Position numbers and translations under genes: made by a program. The notes under the pieces are model-generated. The model was given only the letters and a program-made list of their open reading frames with translations, was not told the origin of the DNA and did no database searches. Below, piece by piece: positions 48,488 to 62,018 of a stretch of 64,000 bases of DNA. Within the stretch, counting starts at the first letter, position 1; each line of letters begins with the position of its first letter. This DNA comes from Psilocybe cubensis (lineage: Eukaryota): assembly GCA_017499595.2 (NCBI GenBank), contig CM039004.1:930001-994000 (forward strand), read 5' to 3'.

Positions 48488-51362
48488 ATGTCTCTCCAAA
48501 TCAATCTCTCTAGCACAGAGATTGCGAAGGCGTACCAAGACGTTATCGATGGCAATGGAATAGATTGGGCGATATTTACCTACCAAGGCGGAACAAATGA
48601 TCTAAAGGTGCAAGCAACTGGAAATGGAGGATTAGATGAGCTGGAAGAGGAGTTCTCGGATGGAAGGTACGTTTAAGGTTTATCTGATATCACACTTGCT
48701 ACAAACTGAGTTTTGTGAAGGATCCAATATGCTTTTGTTAAAGTGGTAGATCCTAATGTAATTGCGAATTCTCTTATAGTGCCTTATCGATCTAACGCAC
48801 CTTGTAGAGTCAACTACCAAAATTCGTTCAGGTCAATTGGTGCGGTGATGGTGTACCAGAAGCTAAAAAGGGGCTTTTCCACACTCATTCCAGCGCTGTT
48901 TCTCGATTTCTACGGGGCACACATGTAGTTATTACTGCTCGAAACGAGGTGCGCCTTCAATCATGGTTCAAGATTAATTCCCTAAATCATGCTCTTGTAG
49001 AATGATGTCACCCCTTCCCTCATCATGTCGCGGGTTGAGGCGGCGTCAGGGGCCAAGTACTCAAATCAGAAGGAAACACCGCGAAAATTCGAGCCCATCG
49101 CTCCCGTTGGATCCAGTTATACTCCCGTCGGAAAGGTAGATATTGCGGCGTTGAAAAAAGCACCACCGCCTGCTTCCAAACCCGCAGCACCTTCGTCGTC
49201 TAGGCCGGCATTTAGCGCACCTAAGACATCGACGCCATCCGCAGGATCTCTGTACGGAAAGACCATTCCCGGTGGTTCCGCTCCCGCAGACTCATGGCCC
49301 GAAGAAGAGGTTGCACCAGTGTCGACACCTCCCCCGCCTCCTCCAGCATCATCCCGCCCACCGACCATCCCAACCAGTAATCGACCTGCTTTCAGCGCGT
49401 CACCTGCTTTCAGCGCGTCACCTGCTTTCAGCGCGTCACCTGCCTTCAGCGCGTCACCAGCTTTCAGCGCATCAGTCAGTACCTTTAATCACTTATAAAT
49501 ACTTTATTTATGTATCATCAAGGTTCCCAAACAGCAGCCTACCCCCGCCTTTTCAGCAGTGCGCCCCTCTCCAGCTTCTGCGGCTGCACCTGTAGCTTCC
49601 GCCAATGTTCCGACAAAGCCGTCTGAAGAGGACCGGATTGAGCCTGCCAAAAGCGCCTATACACCTGTCAGTTTGCCGACACCGAAGAAACTCAAGAATC
49701 CGTTTGCTGCGATGGAGCAACAAAGCGCGGCTCAAGGTTCTAACTCCCCAGCTGGCGGTACCAAAAAGTTGTCGTGGGCAGAGAGGCAAGCACTCGCGAA
49801 AAAGCAAGCAGAGGAGGAAGAAGCCAGAAGCCGCAGTGCTGCATTTATAGCTCCAGCTGCCTCCCCTGTTGCTAAGCCTGTCTTTAAATCGAGTGCTCCA
49901 GCTTTCGGCAAAGCTTCAGTCCCCCAGAGTACACCGAGAAACTTTGGCAGTGTTGGTGCGGCCGCTGGTGCTGGTGTCGGGGTTGGTGCCGCTGCCGGAA
50001 TTGCATACGCAGCTCAATCTAGTCAACCGCCACCCCCTCCTCCTTCTGCTCCTACCAGCTATGTCTCTGCCCGTGAAGCTGTTCAAGAAGCAGCTTGGGG
50101 TGCCGAAGATGCTGCAGAAGAACCGGAACCAGAGCCTGAGCCGGAATATGAGGCTGTAAGTACCTCTCTAAGTTATCTAAAGTTTATATCCTCAGCAAAA
50201 CAACTTTTAATTAGCCACCACCACCACCTCCGCCTCCACCTCCGCCGCCACCGCCTCCCCCAGCACGCGCTGCTGAGGCTGAGGTGGCAGAGCCAGAGTA
50301 TGAGGCCCCACCACCACCGCCTCCTCCTCCTCCTCCTCCTCCGCCACCACCACCACCACCACCGCCTGCTCCCGCTCCAGTCGCGCAAGTGGAACCGGAG
50401 TACGAGGCCCCACCACCGCCACCACCACCCCCGCCTCCGCCTCCTCCGCCGCCTCCGCCCGCGCCTCCAGTTGCCCAGGTAAGCTTGATTAAACATACAC
50501 TTACCATCTTTGACCATTTACGGTAATACAGATGGCCGCTCTATCTGTGGCTCCGGAACCGGAACCAGAACCAGAACCAGAACCGGTCCATGTACCACAG
50601 TCTGGTCAAGGCATAGTTGCAGTCGTCCTTTATGAATATGAGGTAACATTCATTACGTTGGCAATTAATACCACTTACTGAGCTACGATGACATTTAGGC
50701 AACAGAAGATAATGAAATGAATCTAGTGGAGGGAGAATACATTGAACAAATTGAAGAGATTGATGAAGGTTGGTGGTCAGGTGTTGGTCCAGGAGGAAAG
50801 TCGGGCTTGTTCCCAGGTACACCCATATTCAATGCAATTTATGTCGCCACATTGCTCATTTGATTTCATTAGCCAATTACGTCGAAATCGTGGAACATGC
50901 TCCAGAGGAAGAAGCAGCGCCGCCAGCGCCGCCTCCTCCTCCACCACCACCTCCTCCACCCGTACGTTATCAAACTGTGCAACAGTGCATGCGCAATGCT
51001 GAGATCTCTTTAGGCTGCTCCCGCTGCTCCTCCCGCACCCCCTCGTGCGCCAACACCCCCTCCTGCTGATGTTGGAATCACTGCTATAGCACTCTACGAG
51101 TTTGTATATTCGTCGTTTGATAGAATGCATACACTGACTCCTTCTTTAGTTATGATGCTGCTGAAGACAACGAGATAACGTTCCGTGAAGGAGAAACGAT
51201 CACTGAGATTGCACCTGCCTCAGAAGATTGGTGGCAAGGCAAAAATCCTCGTGGCGAAATCGGCCTCTTCCCTGGTGTGTTATCTCTCCTGGTCTGGATA
51301 GGCTTTTTTCTCACTCGATTTGATTAATAGCGAACTACGTGGAGGTTCAAGGAGAGGATTGA
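48488..51362 (+). CDS. ABP1: Abp1/drebrin-like actin-binding protein (ADF-H domain, proline-rich linker, two SH3 domains)
   Basis: N-terminal ADF-H (WAIFTYQGGTNDLKV...GGLDELEEEFSDG|RIQYAF...LPKFVQVNWCGDGVP), KKLSWAERQ motif, polyproline tracts, SH3-1 VVLYEYE|ATEDNEMNLVEGEYI...EGWWSG...GLFP|ANYV and SH3-2 ALYD|YDAAEDNEITF...EDWWQG...GLFP|ANYV. Confidence 0.9.
49385..49474 (+). repeat. Coding 18-nt tandem repeat x5 (CCTGCTTTCAGCGCGTCA, encoding PAFSAS)
   Basis: Three identical and two slightly diverged units end exactly at the GTCAGT donor at 49475. Confidence 0.95.
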
Positions 51363-51779
51363 TTAAACATAATTCAAATAGATTTCTTTCTATATCGTTT
51401 TCTTGCTTTCAAATTCCCTTTCTTTTTTTCCAACGGTGTATGGACCTTGCATCTCACTTTTTAGGTCGTCTTTGCTTGGTTTTAGGTCCTTTGTTCAATA
51501 CATCAAAGCAGGCATTTCCCCATTCGGAATTTAGAAGTTGTTGGTCCCAAATAGTCACCGTTGTCAGTTGGTCCAAGATGCCCCATCCATAATTCGAACG
51601 TAAACTGTTACGAACAAGATTTGCCCTTCAGAAACCAACTGAACCTTCTTGTGCTCCTTCACTCTGTCAGAAGCTTGGAATATATTTACCTTTATGTTAT
51701 TCTCAGGCTTGGGTGAACCTTGGAGCATCTTTCAGACTTCGCTGCCATCCAGCTGACATTCTTATCATGAATCATTAAG

Positions 51780-53178
51780 CGTGCTTCAGTCCACTGGTCC
51801 CTCGTTCAATTCGACAGCTGTGGGGTGAGTCTATGGTTTTTCCTTGCGTCCTTATATCTCTAACGCTATTCTCCTCCAAAAGTCAACAATGGAGGGGCGC
51901 TAACGCATACAGAGGCAGATTTTCGAAAGGCGCAGTTCTTCTTCTGTTACGGGATGGATGATCCATGGCTCAATGAGTTGAGCAGCTCTCCTCTCCATCA
52001 AGTCATCCTACGTGTGTGTGTGTGCTGATAATTTATTTCTAATCTCCTGCGGGACGCTAGACTCCTCTCCCGGTCCTTAATAGTATGTCAATCAATTCAC
52101 ACAACCTATCACGATGCCAGCAACGCCGCCCCTAATCGTTAGCCACTTTTTTTTTGCTCTTTCGTTGGCAGGTGCGCCACGCCTGTTGGGTCACCCTTTG
52201 CGTTATCGAGGATTTCATTATGCCTATCGCGGAATACACGCTTGACGGTGTGTGTATATGCGCGAGAACATTTGGGCGCATATATCAATGGTTTATATGT
52301 CTTACAGCAGGATTCGACGAAGCTAGAATACGCATATTGGAACCTCCTATTAGTATTAGTATCGTCCCAGAGGCCCACAAATCCGTCCGCGCACAGCGTG
52401 AGACAGCACGAAAAGGCTCGCCACTCAAGTCACCGCTGCTGCCGCTGGCCCGTGACTGCGACTCTGCTGTGGCACCAGCAGCACCTGCTAATCAACGAAA
52501 GAGACGTCTCGGAAACGAGGATAGTCTCCTAGCTCAACATGCACATGACGTACACGTACTTGAAGTTGAACGCCCAACGAAAAAGGTCAAAATCAAAAGG
52601 GACGCGCATGATGATGAACCCGTCCGTATATCCGATGTCGATGAACCAATTTTAGTCGCGTCGCCGTCTGCACCGCAGAAGCACTCCAAGTCAGATATCC
52701 TTGCGGAGGAATCAGGCGGTGTGCCTGTACTTGAATCTGGAGCAAAACACGTCTATTTCCATCACCCAAAGCTTGCTCGCCGGCAGGCTGAGGCTGTAGC
52801 CAAATCTAAACACGCGTTTAAAAAGTGTATCGTTCGCACAGAGAACACCAGCACCACGCAGCCCAAAAAAGCAGGCGCAAGATCCACACAGTAAGATCTG
52901 CCTACTACAGTCCATTGAGTTTGATAGGGTTTGCTTACTGACCAAAAATCCGCAAATGGTCTAGTCCGCTGAATCCGCATACACTGTTCTGGAATGACAT
53001 ATTCGCAAAGTCGTTTCCCAGAACCGGAACAGCGCTATTAAAAGTGTCAGTGCGGGACCTGGTCCACGCACCGCGAACGAAAGGAGTCATATTTGATGTC
53101 AATAAGTCCTACCTGGGAAAGCCTTTCATTAACCTCGAAATTGAAAACGACGAAAAACATAACAACGCAACGCATTGA
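51780..53178 (+). CDS. Hypothetical protein with N-terminal BRCT-like / TERB2-N-like domain; start not resolved
   Basis: Spliced exons: CFSPLVPRSIRQLW|VNNGGALTHTEADFRKAQFFFCYGMDDPWLNE|LLSRSLI|VRHACWVTLCVIEDFIMPIAEYTLD|AGFDEAR..., a basic linker (QRKRRLG, PTKKVKIKR) and a last exon ending ...NLEIENDEKHNNATH*. Confidence 0.6.
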
Positions 53179-53515
53179 CGGATGACGAATACGTTCTAGG
53201 CATTTTTTCCGCGTCGACTATTTATTAATTACAAATGAATCGAAGCAAAAATAAACCATGTCCACCAAGTTAGATAATTTTGTCTGTGACCGGCGGTGGT
53301 GGTTGTTGTCGTCATTAAAAAAAATGCCATCGCTATTCCATGCTTGTATATACGACTGATTTGTTGGATGGACATCAGTATCTGGTAGGCATAGAAAAAA
53401 TGCGTTGGCGTGTAGGGGTCTCACGAATGACTCGCGAGTGGGTGGGGTCACTGGGGTGGCTGGGCTGCAGACTCTGCGGCGCCAGATGGATAGTATAAAG
53501 CAACTGACTATCCTA

Positions 53516-55135
53516 CTAGGTAAAGGTTCTGATGGACGGTATGCAGCGCATGAAAACCTGTTCAAGAAGTGACTCATAATGAGGCCTGTACGGCAGGAAA
53601 TCCGCCAAGACAGACATGTGTTCAAGGTTCCAATGTGAGTATTGCCTGGTACTCATTTCGGATAAGAATAAATCCTGAAAAGGGTTGATATTAGTCTTTA
53701 CTTTTTCAATATACGACGCAAAGAGCAAATCATAGTACATACGATCTGTTCCGCCTGCTGGCCGGCACCCGTAACGACTGAAGTGAACTCTGGGCAATCC
53801 CATGCGTGAGGCAGAATGTATTTGACGACTAGTTCCAGTCGGTGAAGTTGAGAAAGCTTGGTTGAAATTATATCGATGAGCTGAGGCGACAGTGAAACGA
53901 GACCGATGCGTAGACGGCTCAAACCCTGCTTCCGGCCTGAGAGCATGCTAACGACCTCCTCCACATCATCAAAAGTCCGATAGCAGCCTGTCAGAGACAA
54001 AGAGGTGATAGTCGACGCAAATTGGGAAAGGCATGATAACGAAGTGTATACGGGGAAGAGATTTGAGCTGATATCGAGGACACGCAGTTTGGGTAGATTG
54101 ACACCATTAATTGCAGACCTGATCCAGGTATCGAATGACACAAGATCCGGGGTCAGCCCACGCCCTCCGATTTGGGTGGCGCGCAGACATAGTGTTCGAA
54201 GAGAAAGTCGGTGGACAGATAAGAATTGTGCGAGGCCCCTGGGGTCTCCTAGGTGAGTCGATTCGACAGGGACGGCGATGACTAGCTGCTCCAAGGCTGG
54301 TAGTCGCTTAACGGCGCAAAGCAAGGGAGATAGGTCTGCTGGTTCCCATGATTGAATCATAAGTATTCTCAAAGTTGAGCGAAGGCGGCTTATTGCTGGA
54401 GCGAGGTGTGCGGTCAATATCTCGTTTCGTTCCCAGACGGAATCAATATTTTCGGAATGGATGGTCAGCTGCAGCTCTTGCAGGTTGTCGACTTTGAAGG
54501 ACGGGGTCAAGAGGTTCCGCATATTCTCCAGGGATAGGTCCAGAGAGAGTTTCCGAAGATTTCCCTGGAAGACGGTGGATAGGAAGGGGACAGCGGTCGC
54601 GCTGATGGAAGGCATCCCGCACCATGTCACGTAATAGTCGGTTACGTTTGGCAGCCCGCTGAGGACTTCGAGCATAAGTTGGACGACATCCTCCGCCCGC
54701 TTTAGTGTCCGCAGAAGCCGTATGCGGGGGTGCTTTGTTGGCCGCTTTGGTTCGAGAACCAGATTGGCGATGTCGACGAGTTTGTCCCGCAACGAACGCC
54801 GGAGAATTGGCTCGGGGTCGTGTCTTTCTTTGTCAAGAGCCTCCTTCAGAAAGCCAGGATAGACGTGGAGTATGCGGACGCGCTTCGCCACGAGCGGATC
54901 CCTGGACAGGCAGATTAGAGGGTGTCAAGGAGGAGATGAGAGTGAAAGGGGAGTACTTGAGACGCGCCAATCTCCTGAGCATCCTGTTGTCGAGGTAGGC
55001 AAAGCTCATCTGACGATAGCGACAGTCCATGGCGAGCTGGAAGAAGGCGCTGTTGACGGTGAGGAGATCCTGGAGGACGAGGGCGGGGAGAAAGTGGGCG
55101 ATGTGGAGCCATATTTCATGGGGAATGGCTCGCAT
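53516..55135 (-). CDS. F-box-like / RNI-like leucine-rich repeat protein (3 exons)
   Basis: MRAIPHEIWLHIAHFLP (F-box-like) followed by LxxLxL repeats (LRKLSLDL, LQELQLTI, LEQLVIAV, LRTLCLRA, LRVLDIS, ITSLSLTG); 397-aa central exon. Confidence 0.8.
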
Positions 55136-58100
55136 GGAGGGGGAAAGGGGGGGCGGAGGGAAAGAGTGATGGTATTGGATAAAAGGCAGCCATTTGAGAT
55201 CTCGCTGCTCGCCATAAAGAAGAGAGACTGTTCAAAAGCCTGTCACTTGCCGTGATTGTTCGACAGCCAAAGTCGGCCTTGTTCCATTTTTGACTTTAAT
55301 GACATTATGTAATCCCCTTCTTTTTGGCCTTGAGGCTGTCCTCAACAAACGACCTCCACTTCAAATCGGGTTAAACTCGACACATGCTCTTGACAAAACA
55401 ACGGCATATGTTCTAATCTCACCAACAACCGCTCACCCAGGCGAATAACCTCAAAGAGGCTCCTCCTCCGGACTAGGCCTATCTGTTCTGCGGGATTCGC
55501 AAAAGCGAGGTGTGCATTATGACTCTCCGTCGCCGTGAAAAAAAAGTCGCACAACTCCGTCTACCCCTCGGCACTCCGGCAAATTCCATCCATTCTAGAA
55601 CGCTGCAACGACGCTGGTTTAACTTCCAATAGCCTTTACCTAGCCATACTCGTCCCGCTCTGGGGCATTTCCTCGCCCCGCGGTCTATCGCCCTCCTTTT
55701 GGCCTTGTACACCGGCTTCTGCTTCGTTTGGGTTATCATATCTAGGCGACCGTTATCTAGAGTGAAAGCTGCTCCGCATTGCGACATACTTACTTTGGTT
55801 CAAACTCGACATGGAAGTGCAGCTGGGACTAGACTCTGCGCGAAATGCATCCCACTCGTCAAGCTAGGTAGGTATGTAACCCAATCTCCGACGCCTTGTC
55901 ACAATGGCACGCCTGCGATACAGATACGCCTCCTAAGGACGTCTTTACTTGCCTTGTCACCCGCACGTCCGCGACATGTCCAAGCCTTTGTGCAGACTCG
56001 CTGTGGTGCCATCCATTTGCTGGTGAATTCCACGTCAAGTGCAGGCATATTTAGACTCTGGTCCAGGCAACAGTCTCAATTGGCATGCTATCTGCGCGCG
56101 CGTAGATCATTTTGGCCGGAACCAATAGCTGGCAGATGTACGCCAGTGTACAAAAGGCAGCTCTGCATGCGCAATGGCCTTGGATAGCCGCATTGATGAG
56201 GATAAAGTGCGGGCTGCATAGGCGTCATACGTGCACGAAATTTTTTTTTGCTCCCACCCATATCTTATATTTGTGACACATATCCAAGGGCAATGAATGA
56301 CTACAACTTTCCGAGTACGTGGGGCATATGGAGTGTTTCGAATGCACACCTTGGCCAGACACAATCGCATTGTGAGCTATGAAACCTTGTTACAAGGCTG
56401 CGCTGCATTATCAGTTGCCACTTGTATATGTATGTGTCCTACTTAGTCTTTCCCAGCAGTGCTACTTGCAAGCTGAATATAATCTGACGTAGCGCATATA
56501 ATGACGTTAGGCGATGTTGCGGCTATGAATCGCGCAAAAAGCAATTGGCGCGGCGTATATATGGCGCGCGGCTATAACGGCGTATAGAGGGGCTTCAAGG
56601 TGCCTTTACTTTAGCTTGCTCAGACAGATCATGGGTACCTTATCTTCCGTAACCTATTCTCAGCGCACTGGTGACTGGCGTCGTCACAGGGGACCTGAAT
56701 TAAAGTTCACTTTCACGCGTCTTATAAGCGTGCGACGTGCGAAGGGGAGGTGTCCCTGGGCATTGTCGAACATGTCGTCACTTGGTGAAGAGCTTCTTTG
56801 ATCCAGCCTGCAGCATCCCAAATACCACTACTTGACGGCTTAATTCATCCGTGTAGTATGAATTATTGCGACATATGTACTATTATGCATTATCGTCGCA
56901 ATGGAGTGTCATCCTGTGTATTGATGACTGCAGGCTTGTTCATGGAGTGGAGTGCGTCTAGCGTACTTTAATTAGTGGACGTATGTATCTCTCCTAAACG
57001 CTGATCCATCTCCTCCTAGTTCTGAGCCAGCACCTCACTCATTTGACACTCTGGGTCCTGGAACATCCCGGAGGAATGGACTAAAATTACACTCAAAGTC
57101 CATGATGAATCTATCATCGTTATTTTTCTTTCTGATCCGTATTAACGAATCGAACATGGGGTCGGTGATTTATATTGGCGAAGATGAGATGCCTACGTAT
57201 ACGGAGCTGTCATCTTTCTTACAGCGCAGCGAGAAGGCCGTCATGAAGCACAGTGCGTTGCGTTGCGTTGTTCCATGTACGAATACAAGGGATTCATTCT
57301 GAATTGGAATCGAACGTGTAGCAGGGTCATGCCATTAACAGAATGTTCACATATTTTATACACTCTCTGAAACAAGATTCAGCGTGCCGAGTCAGCTTTA
57401 CGGAGAAAAAACAAGGTACGTAGGTACTTACATTGTAGCGTAACATTCCACCCAGCAATATAGACAGTATGTGAAATTGGATGCGGGTGACATGCTCAGG
57501 TGTAATTCAATGCATTGGTCTTCTGCCGAGGCCCCGACTCGGAATTTTCGAACTCAGTACTCAGTGTTCACTCAAGTATAGCTTGAAAGTTGAAGCTTGA
57601 CGTGTCCAGGAGTATTTTAAGGAATCATAATATGAACCATCATCATCATTGTCATGGCACAACGATTTCCTGTGTTCACACCACATTCATCACCAGCTTC
57701 ATCGCCATCAAGTTTCTGCGGTATGGAGAAGCCTGAAGGTAAGCAGCATGGATGCACTCACAGCCTACAGGGACCCCACTTGCTTTCGGACTCAGGAGGT
57801 TAATATCGTGCATGGGGTCAAGGTTGGCACATCATCGGGACACGACGTTCACGGTCATCAAATACGCACACGTCGGCGGGATAGCAGAAGGTATCGATAA
57901 TCTTTTAACAAAGAAGCCAGCAACTTGAACCTATGGTATGAACGGGCTTCTGCATATAATGTTGAAGCCAAGAACTCCGTTACCTACGTCTGCGTGTTGC
58001 AGCTTGCTAGAGGCCGCGGACTTTGACTTTTGTCCTTTTGTCGGGTTCGCGTTCACGTTCACGTTCATATTTGCCTGGAGGTTCTTTTCGGTTTGACCTG

Positions 58101-58959
58101 ACGGATTTATCAAAAGCCTGTTCAGGATACTTGCTCTCCTTTCAACTTGTTTGTTCAATGCACGGGCTGGCAATTTGCAAATCGTCAAAACCTAATGGGA
58201 ACTATCAGGCAGCCTTCCGAAAATACCAGTATTACCTACTCCCCAACAAAAATCTTGGGAAAAGTAAAAAGTAAAAAAAGACAGGCTTTTTTGTACTCTG
58301 GGAGAGCAGCGAGCTACATAGTCATCCAAGCTGCAGTGCACAATTTCACTGGCCATACAAAATAATACACGACTTGACTTACCCGCAAGGCTTCGTATAT
58401 TCGCCTTAGGCTGGACTACTACTACTCTTTCACTTCTCTTCCATTTAACTCCCCACCCATAACCCATCCCTTCTCTTACCTCTGCGTCTTGAAAAGACAT
58501 TGGTTATATTTTTTCTGTGTTCATCCTTCTCCCCACCTCGCACTCGGTGTACCAAATTCGTCTAATCAGAGTCACTTTCATTGTTCAATCGTACCGGCTT
58601 TGGAGATGGCAAAACGAGGATTGTATAGGTGCGTTTCAAGAGGCCTTCCTTTGCTTATTACTGGTTTAATTCCCCCACACTTTGGATATTCGGGGTATGG
58701 GCGCAGTGACCCTAAGGACCTACAATCATAGCAACAATCAAATTTTCAAATGTGGGTTACGGCCTCCACTCCACCCCACCTTTGGATCATCATTCCCCAT
58801 CAGAGTCTACCTCGAACAAATCCATAACCCACAACTCAGAGTCACACCCACAATTACAAAAAACTTTGTTAAACTTGATTCTTATATATGCCAGAAAGCA
58901 AAAAGCAAAAAGAAACATCAAATGTCGTCTAATAATGAATCCGGAGATGCAGTGCAATA

Positions 58960-60970
58960 AGGTATGTTTATGTTATGTTATGCAACATAGAATAAACCTT
59001 CGTAACATCCCATCGCCCATACCCATCGCCCATACCCATTCGCCATCATCAAAACAAAAACAAAAACAAGGAGAGCGAAAGAAACATGCAAACTCGGCCT
59101 CGCTAGTGCCAAAAACTAACAAAAACGCCAAATGAAGAGGTCGAATAGAACTGGCGATTTGTGAGATATGATATAATACGGTATGGATAGCGCCCAAAAG
59201 CCATCTGAGTGACATGTGATCGTACAGCACTAGCCGCCCGTTGCGCATCGCCATCCATCCCCTAGCTCCCAACCTCCCAGCCAATCAATCATCACATGCA
59301 TCTTCCTACCCACCTCCTCTGTCTTGGCACGCACAAGCCCGGAATCGCTGCGCTGCGCTTGATGTCATCGTCCATGCTAGTTGCGAGGCGCAGCAGCGGA
59401 TACCGTAAAGATATCGACCAAGGGGAACGTAAACACCATCGCAATTCGGATAAATTGTGTAAAATCGTGCGCGCGTCGCAAGTAGTGTACGCGACGCAAG
59501 TACGTTGTACGTTGTACTGCGGGCTGCGGCTGCGGCTTGGACTTGAGAGACCTTGAAAGTTTGAAGTTGTGTGTGTGAATTGGCAGGCCGTCCGCGACCC
59601 TGCTCTGCGTGCGTGTACGCCCCACGGACCATATCATCATCGTTACCACCATCACCATGAGCTTCCCATTCCTATTTCCCAACAATCAGAAACAAAAGGT
59701 CCAGTCGAGTTGTATCCCCAATAATCCATGGTATAGAAAATCATCATCATCATCATCATCAATCACCGTCACCATCACGCATCAACACCCAACCCCATAA
59801 CTAAACCAAATCCAAGTCCAAGGAAATATGAAAAGTAAGAAAAAACGAAACGAAACCGACTATTAAGATGCCATGAAAACGAAAAAGAGGAATGCGAAAG
59901 TAAAGATAGCGTATGATCGAAACGAAGCTCAAAACAAACAAACAAGCAATACGACAAACCAAAAAAAGAAAAAAAAAGGGAAAGCCAGCAAACCAAAGAT
60001 TTTAAAATTTTAAAAGCATCCGCTCACCGCAAATAGCGAACGCCGTGTGTATCGCAACACGAACGCAAACCGGTGAAAAGGGAGCATGCAGAGAGTGTCC
60101 AAACAAGAAGTATGATATGTAATGATAAAAAAAGAGAGATAAAAAGCTAATAATGACGATGACAATTGATGATGATGGATGGATGGAATCAATGCAGACT
60201 ACATACAAAACAAGAGGGAGGAATAAATAATAGAAACCGTGGAATCAACAAAACGAAGAAGAGACATTTGCACTTTTTTTAGGTTCACTCTATTCTGGAA
60301 TAGAAAAGGGAATAAAAAAAAGCGTCCGGGGGAAAAGTAAATAAGCGCGAGGGAGGTTGGAGTTGGGATAAGGGGAGGGGTAAAACAAACATAATAAAAA
60401 TTTTGGCAAGCTGGGTAATGGATTTGGGAGGGGGTAAACTGGCAGAAGAACAGAAGAAATAATGATACCACGCAAGCAACCTTGGTGAAAATGATGATGA
60501 TCGATGATGGGGGAATCACTGAGATGATGTGATGGGAATAAAAAGGCGCACACAGGACCGAGAGTAAGACACGATGTTGGGATAGGATAGGATAAAATAA
60601 TGATATCGATGGGGGCCAGCAGAAGGGAAGAGAAAGAGGCCAAGGCGTGCATATGTCAGGTAGGTCCAATTTTGAGCGCCGCGCTGTATCATGAGGCATA
60701 GATTCAGGCGAAATGGACTGTTTCCCAATGACCACCAGGTGTTGCGACAAGGAAGGATTGCACCATAAGGACCGCACAGTCTGGATCCATTGAATACGAC
60801 AGATCGGGGAAAAGAAGACGGCGAAGTGACCAGAAGTGACGTGATCGAATGGGTAACATAACACAACGTGATCGGCTTGTGTGATCGTGTGACAGTCACG
60901 AAATGGCGGACCAGGCTGTAAATTTAAAACCCAGGGGCCAGGAGAAGATGGAGAAGGGTGAGGACACAAA
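58960..60970. repeat. Second low-complexity, purine-skewed non-coding tract
   Basis: (TTATG)n, duplicated CCCATCGCCCATA, (CAT)n near 59741-59760, A-tracts and GATG/GATA stutters; no credible ORF. Confidence 0.6.
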
Positions 60971-61315
60971 CGAAACGCTTGAAACAGAGCTTCAAGAACT
61001 GAAGATGGCCAAAGAGTAAATCATCAAGAGGAAGAAAAGAATCATCTAGGTTCTAAGCCGCACTCGCGGAGAATAGATAGCCTGGTTCGGAATTCTTTTG
61101 TGTTTGGCATGGCTGTGTTCACGGAGGGAGGCGATGAGGAAAGATACGGGGTGAAGAGCAAGGGTGGAATTGGGTGTTCTTGAATTTAAAAATTTGTTAT
61201 CATGAGTGGTTCATGCGTTCGAAGGTCGTCGAAAAGTTCGTTGTCGGAATAGGAGTAATGTAATGTCAAAAAAGTCGTTTATTTCTTGTCTTGATAGGGA
61301 CAAAGCATGAGGGCT

Positions 61316-62018
61316 CTAAACCATACTCGGTGTTCTCCGCTGATACTGAGGCACATTGGTGGCGCGCACAGGTGGTGGACGAGATGCTGGTCGGCGGAAT
61401 GTATGTCGAGACATGATCATCTTGGCCATGGACGCGGGTACTTGGGTATCATAGAGAGCTGGTACTGTATGAAACAAGAGATAAGATCAGTGCACACGAC
61501 ACGAGGAAAGCGCAGGACGAACGAGGATGGTCGAATGCAGGCCCTGGCCGTCTTGTCTGCTGCATCTGCGGCGTCGACGGTGCTTGCCAACCTCCACGCT
61601 CTGATCGCGGGGGAGCAGCTGGGAGGCTGTCCCATTTCACGAGGCCCCAAAGCCATGAGCTTGTCTTCTTGCTGTCTGTCTGTGCTGGTTCTGAGGCCTT
61701 GGAAGAGGGCTTTTCGCGCCCTGGCTGAGACCGAGATTCCGATGCCGGTGAGGACGCTCCCACTGATGTGGAGCCGGACTCCTGTTTTGCGATAGCGACA
61801 AAAGACACCCTCTTGCGGCCTTCTGTCCATGTTGGGGGGCGTACATAGAGGAGGGCGGCTCGTATACTAGAAAGGACGACAAGGGTAGCGAGAACAACAA
61901 TCCAGGTGGTGGGCTTGAGGAGGGTGTGGGCGACGCCGAGGTTGAAGGAGGGCAGGGACGGGAAGGCGGGGACGGAGACAGAGACAGCGTCCATTGCTGG
62001 GAGTTGGACGAGCATCAT
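61316..62018 (-). CDS. Conserved agaricomycete-type hypothetical single-TM protein (2 exons)
   Basis: TM segment WIVVLATLVVLSSIRAALLY, WLWGLVKWDSLP, and intron 61522-61465 joining AFDHP|LPALYDTQVPASMAKMIMSRHTFRRP...MV*. Confidence 0.75.

Noticed and set aside
49385-49474. PAFSAS repeats as a RiPP or pheromone precursor, or a CRISPR-like array
   Set aside because: In frame inside the ABP1-like protein, with no signal peptide, no dibasic cleavage sites and no spacers.
50173-50517. Poly-Gly, poly-Arg and poly-Trp ORFs on the minus strand
   Set aside because: Antisense shadows of the polyproline codons.
57654-57900. Small ORF MAQRFPVFTPH... with a GTAAGC donor
   Set aside because: The implied intron of about 25-32 nt is too short and no domain is recognisable.
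60199-60969. 256-aa minus-strand ORF
   Set aside because: Pyrimidine-rich low-complexity sequence with overlapping open frames; likely a compositional artefact.
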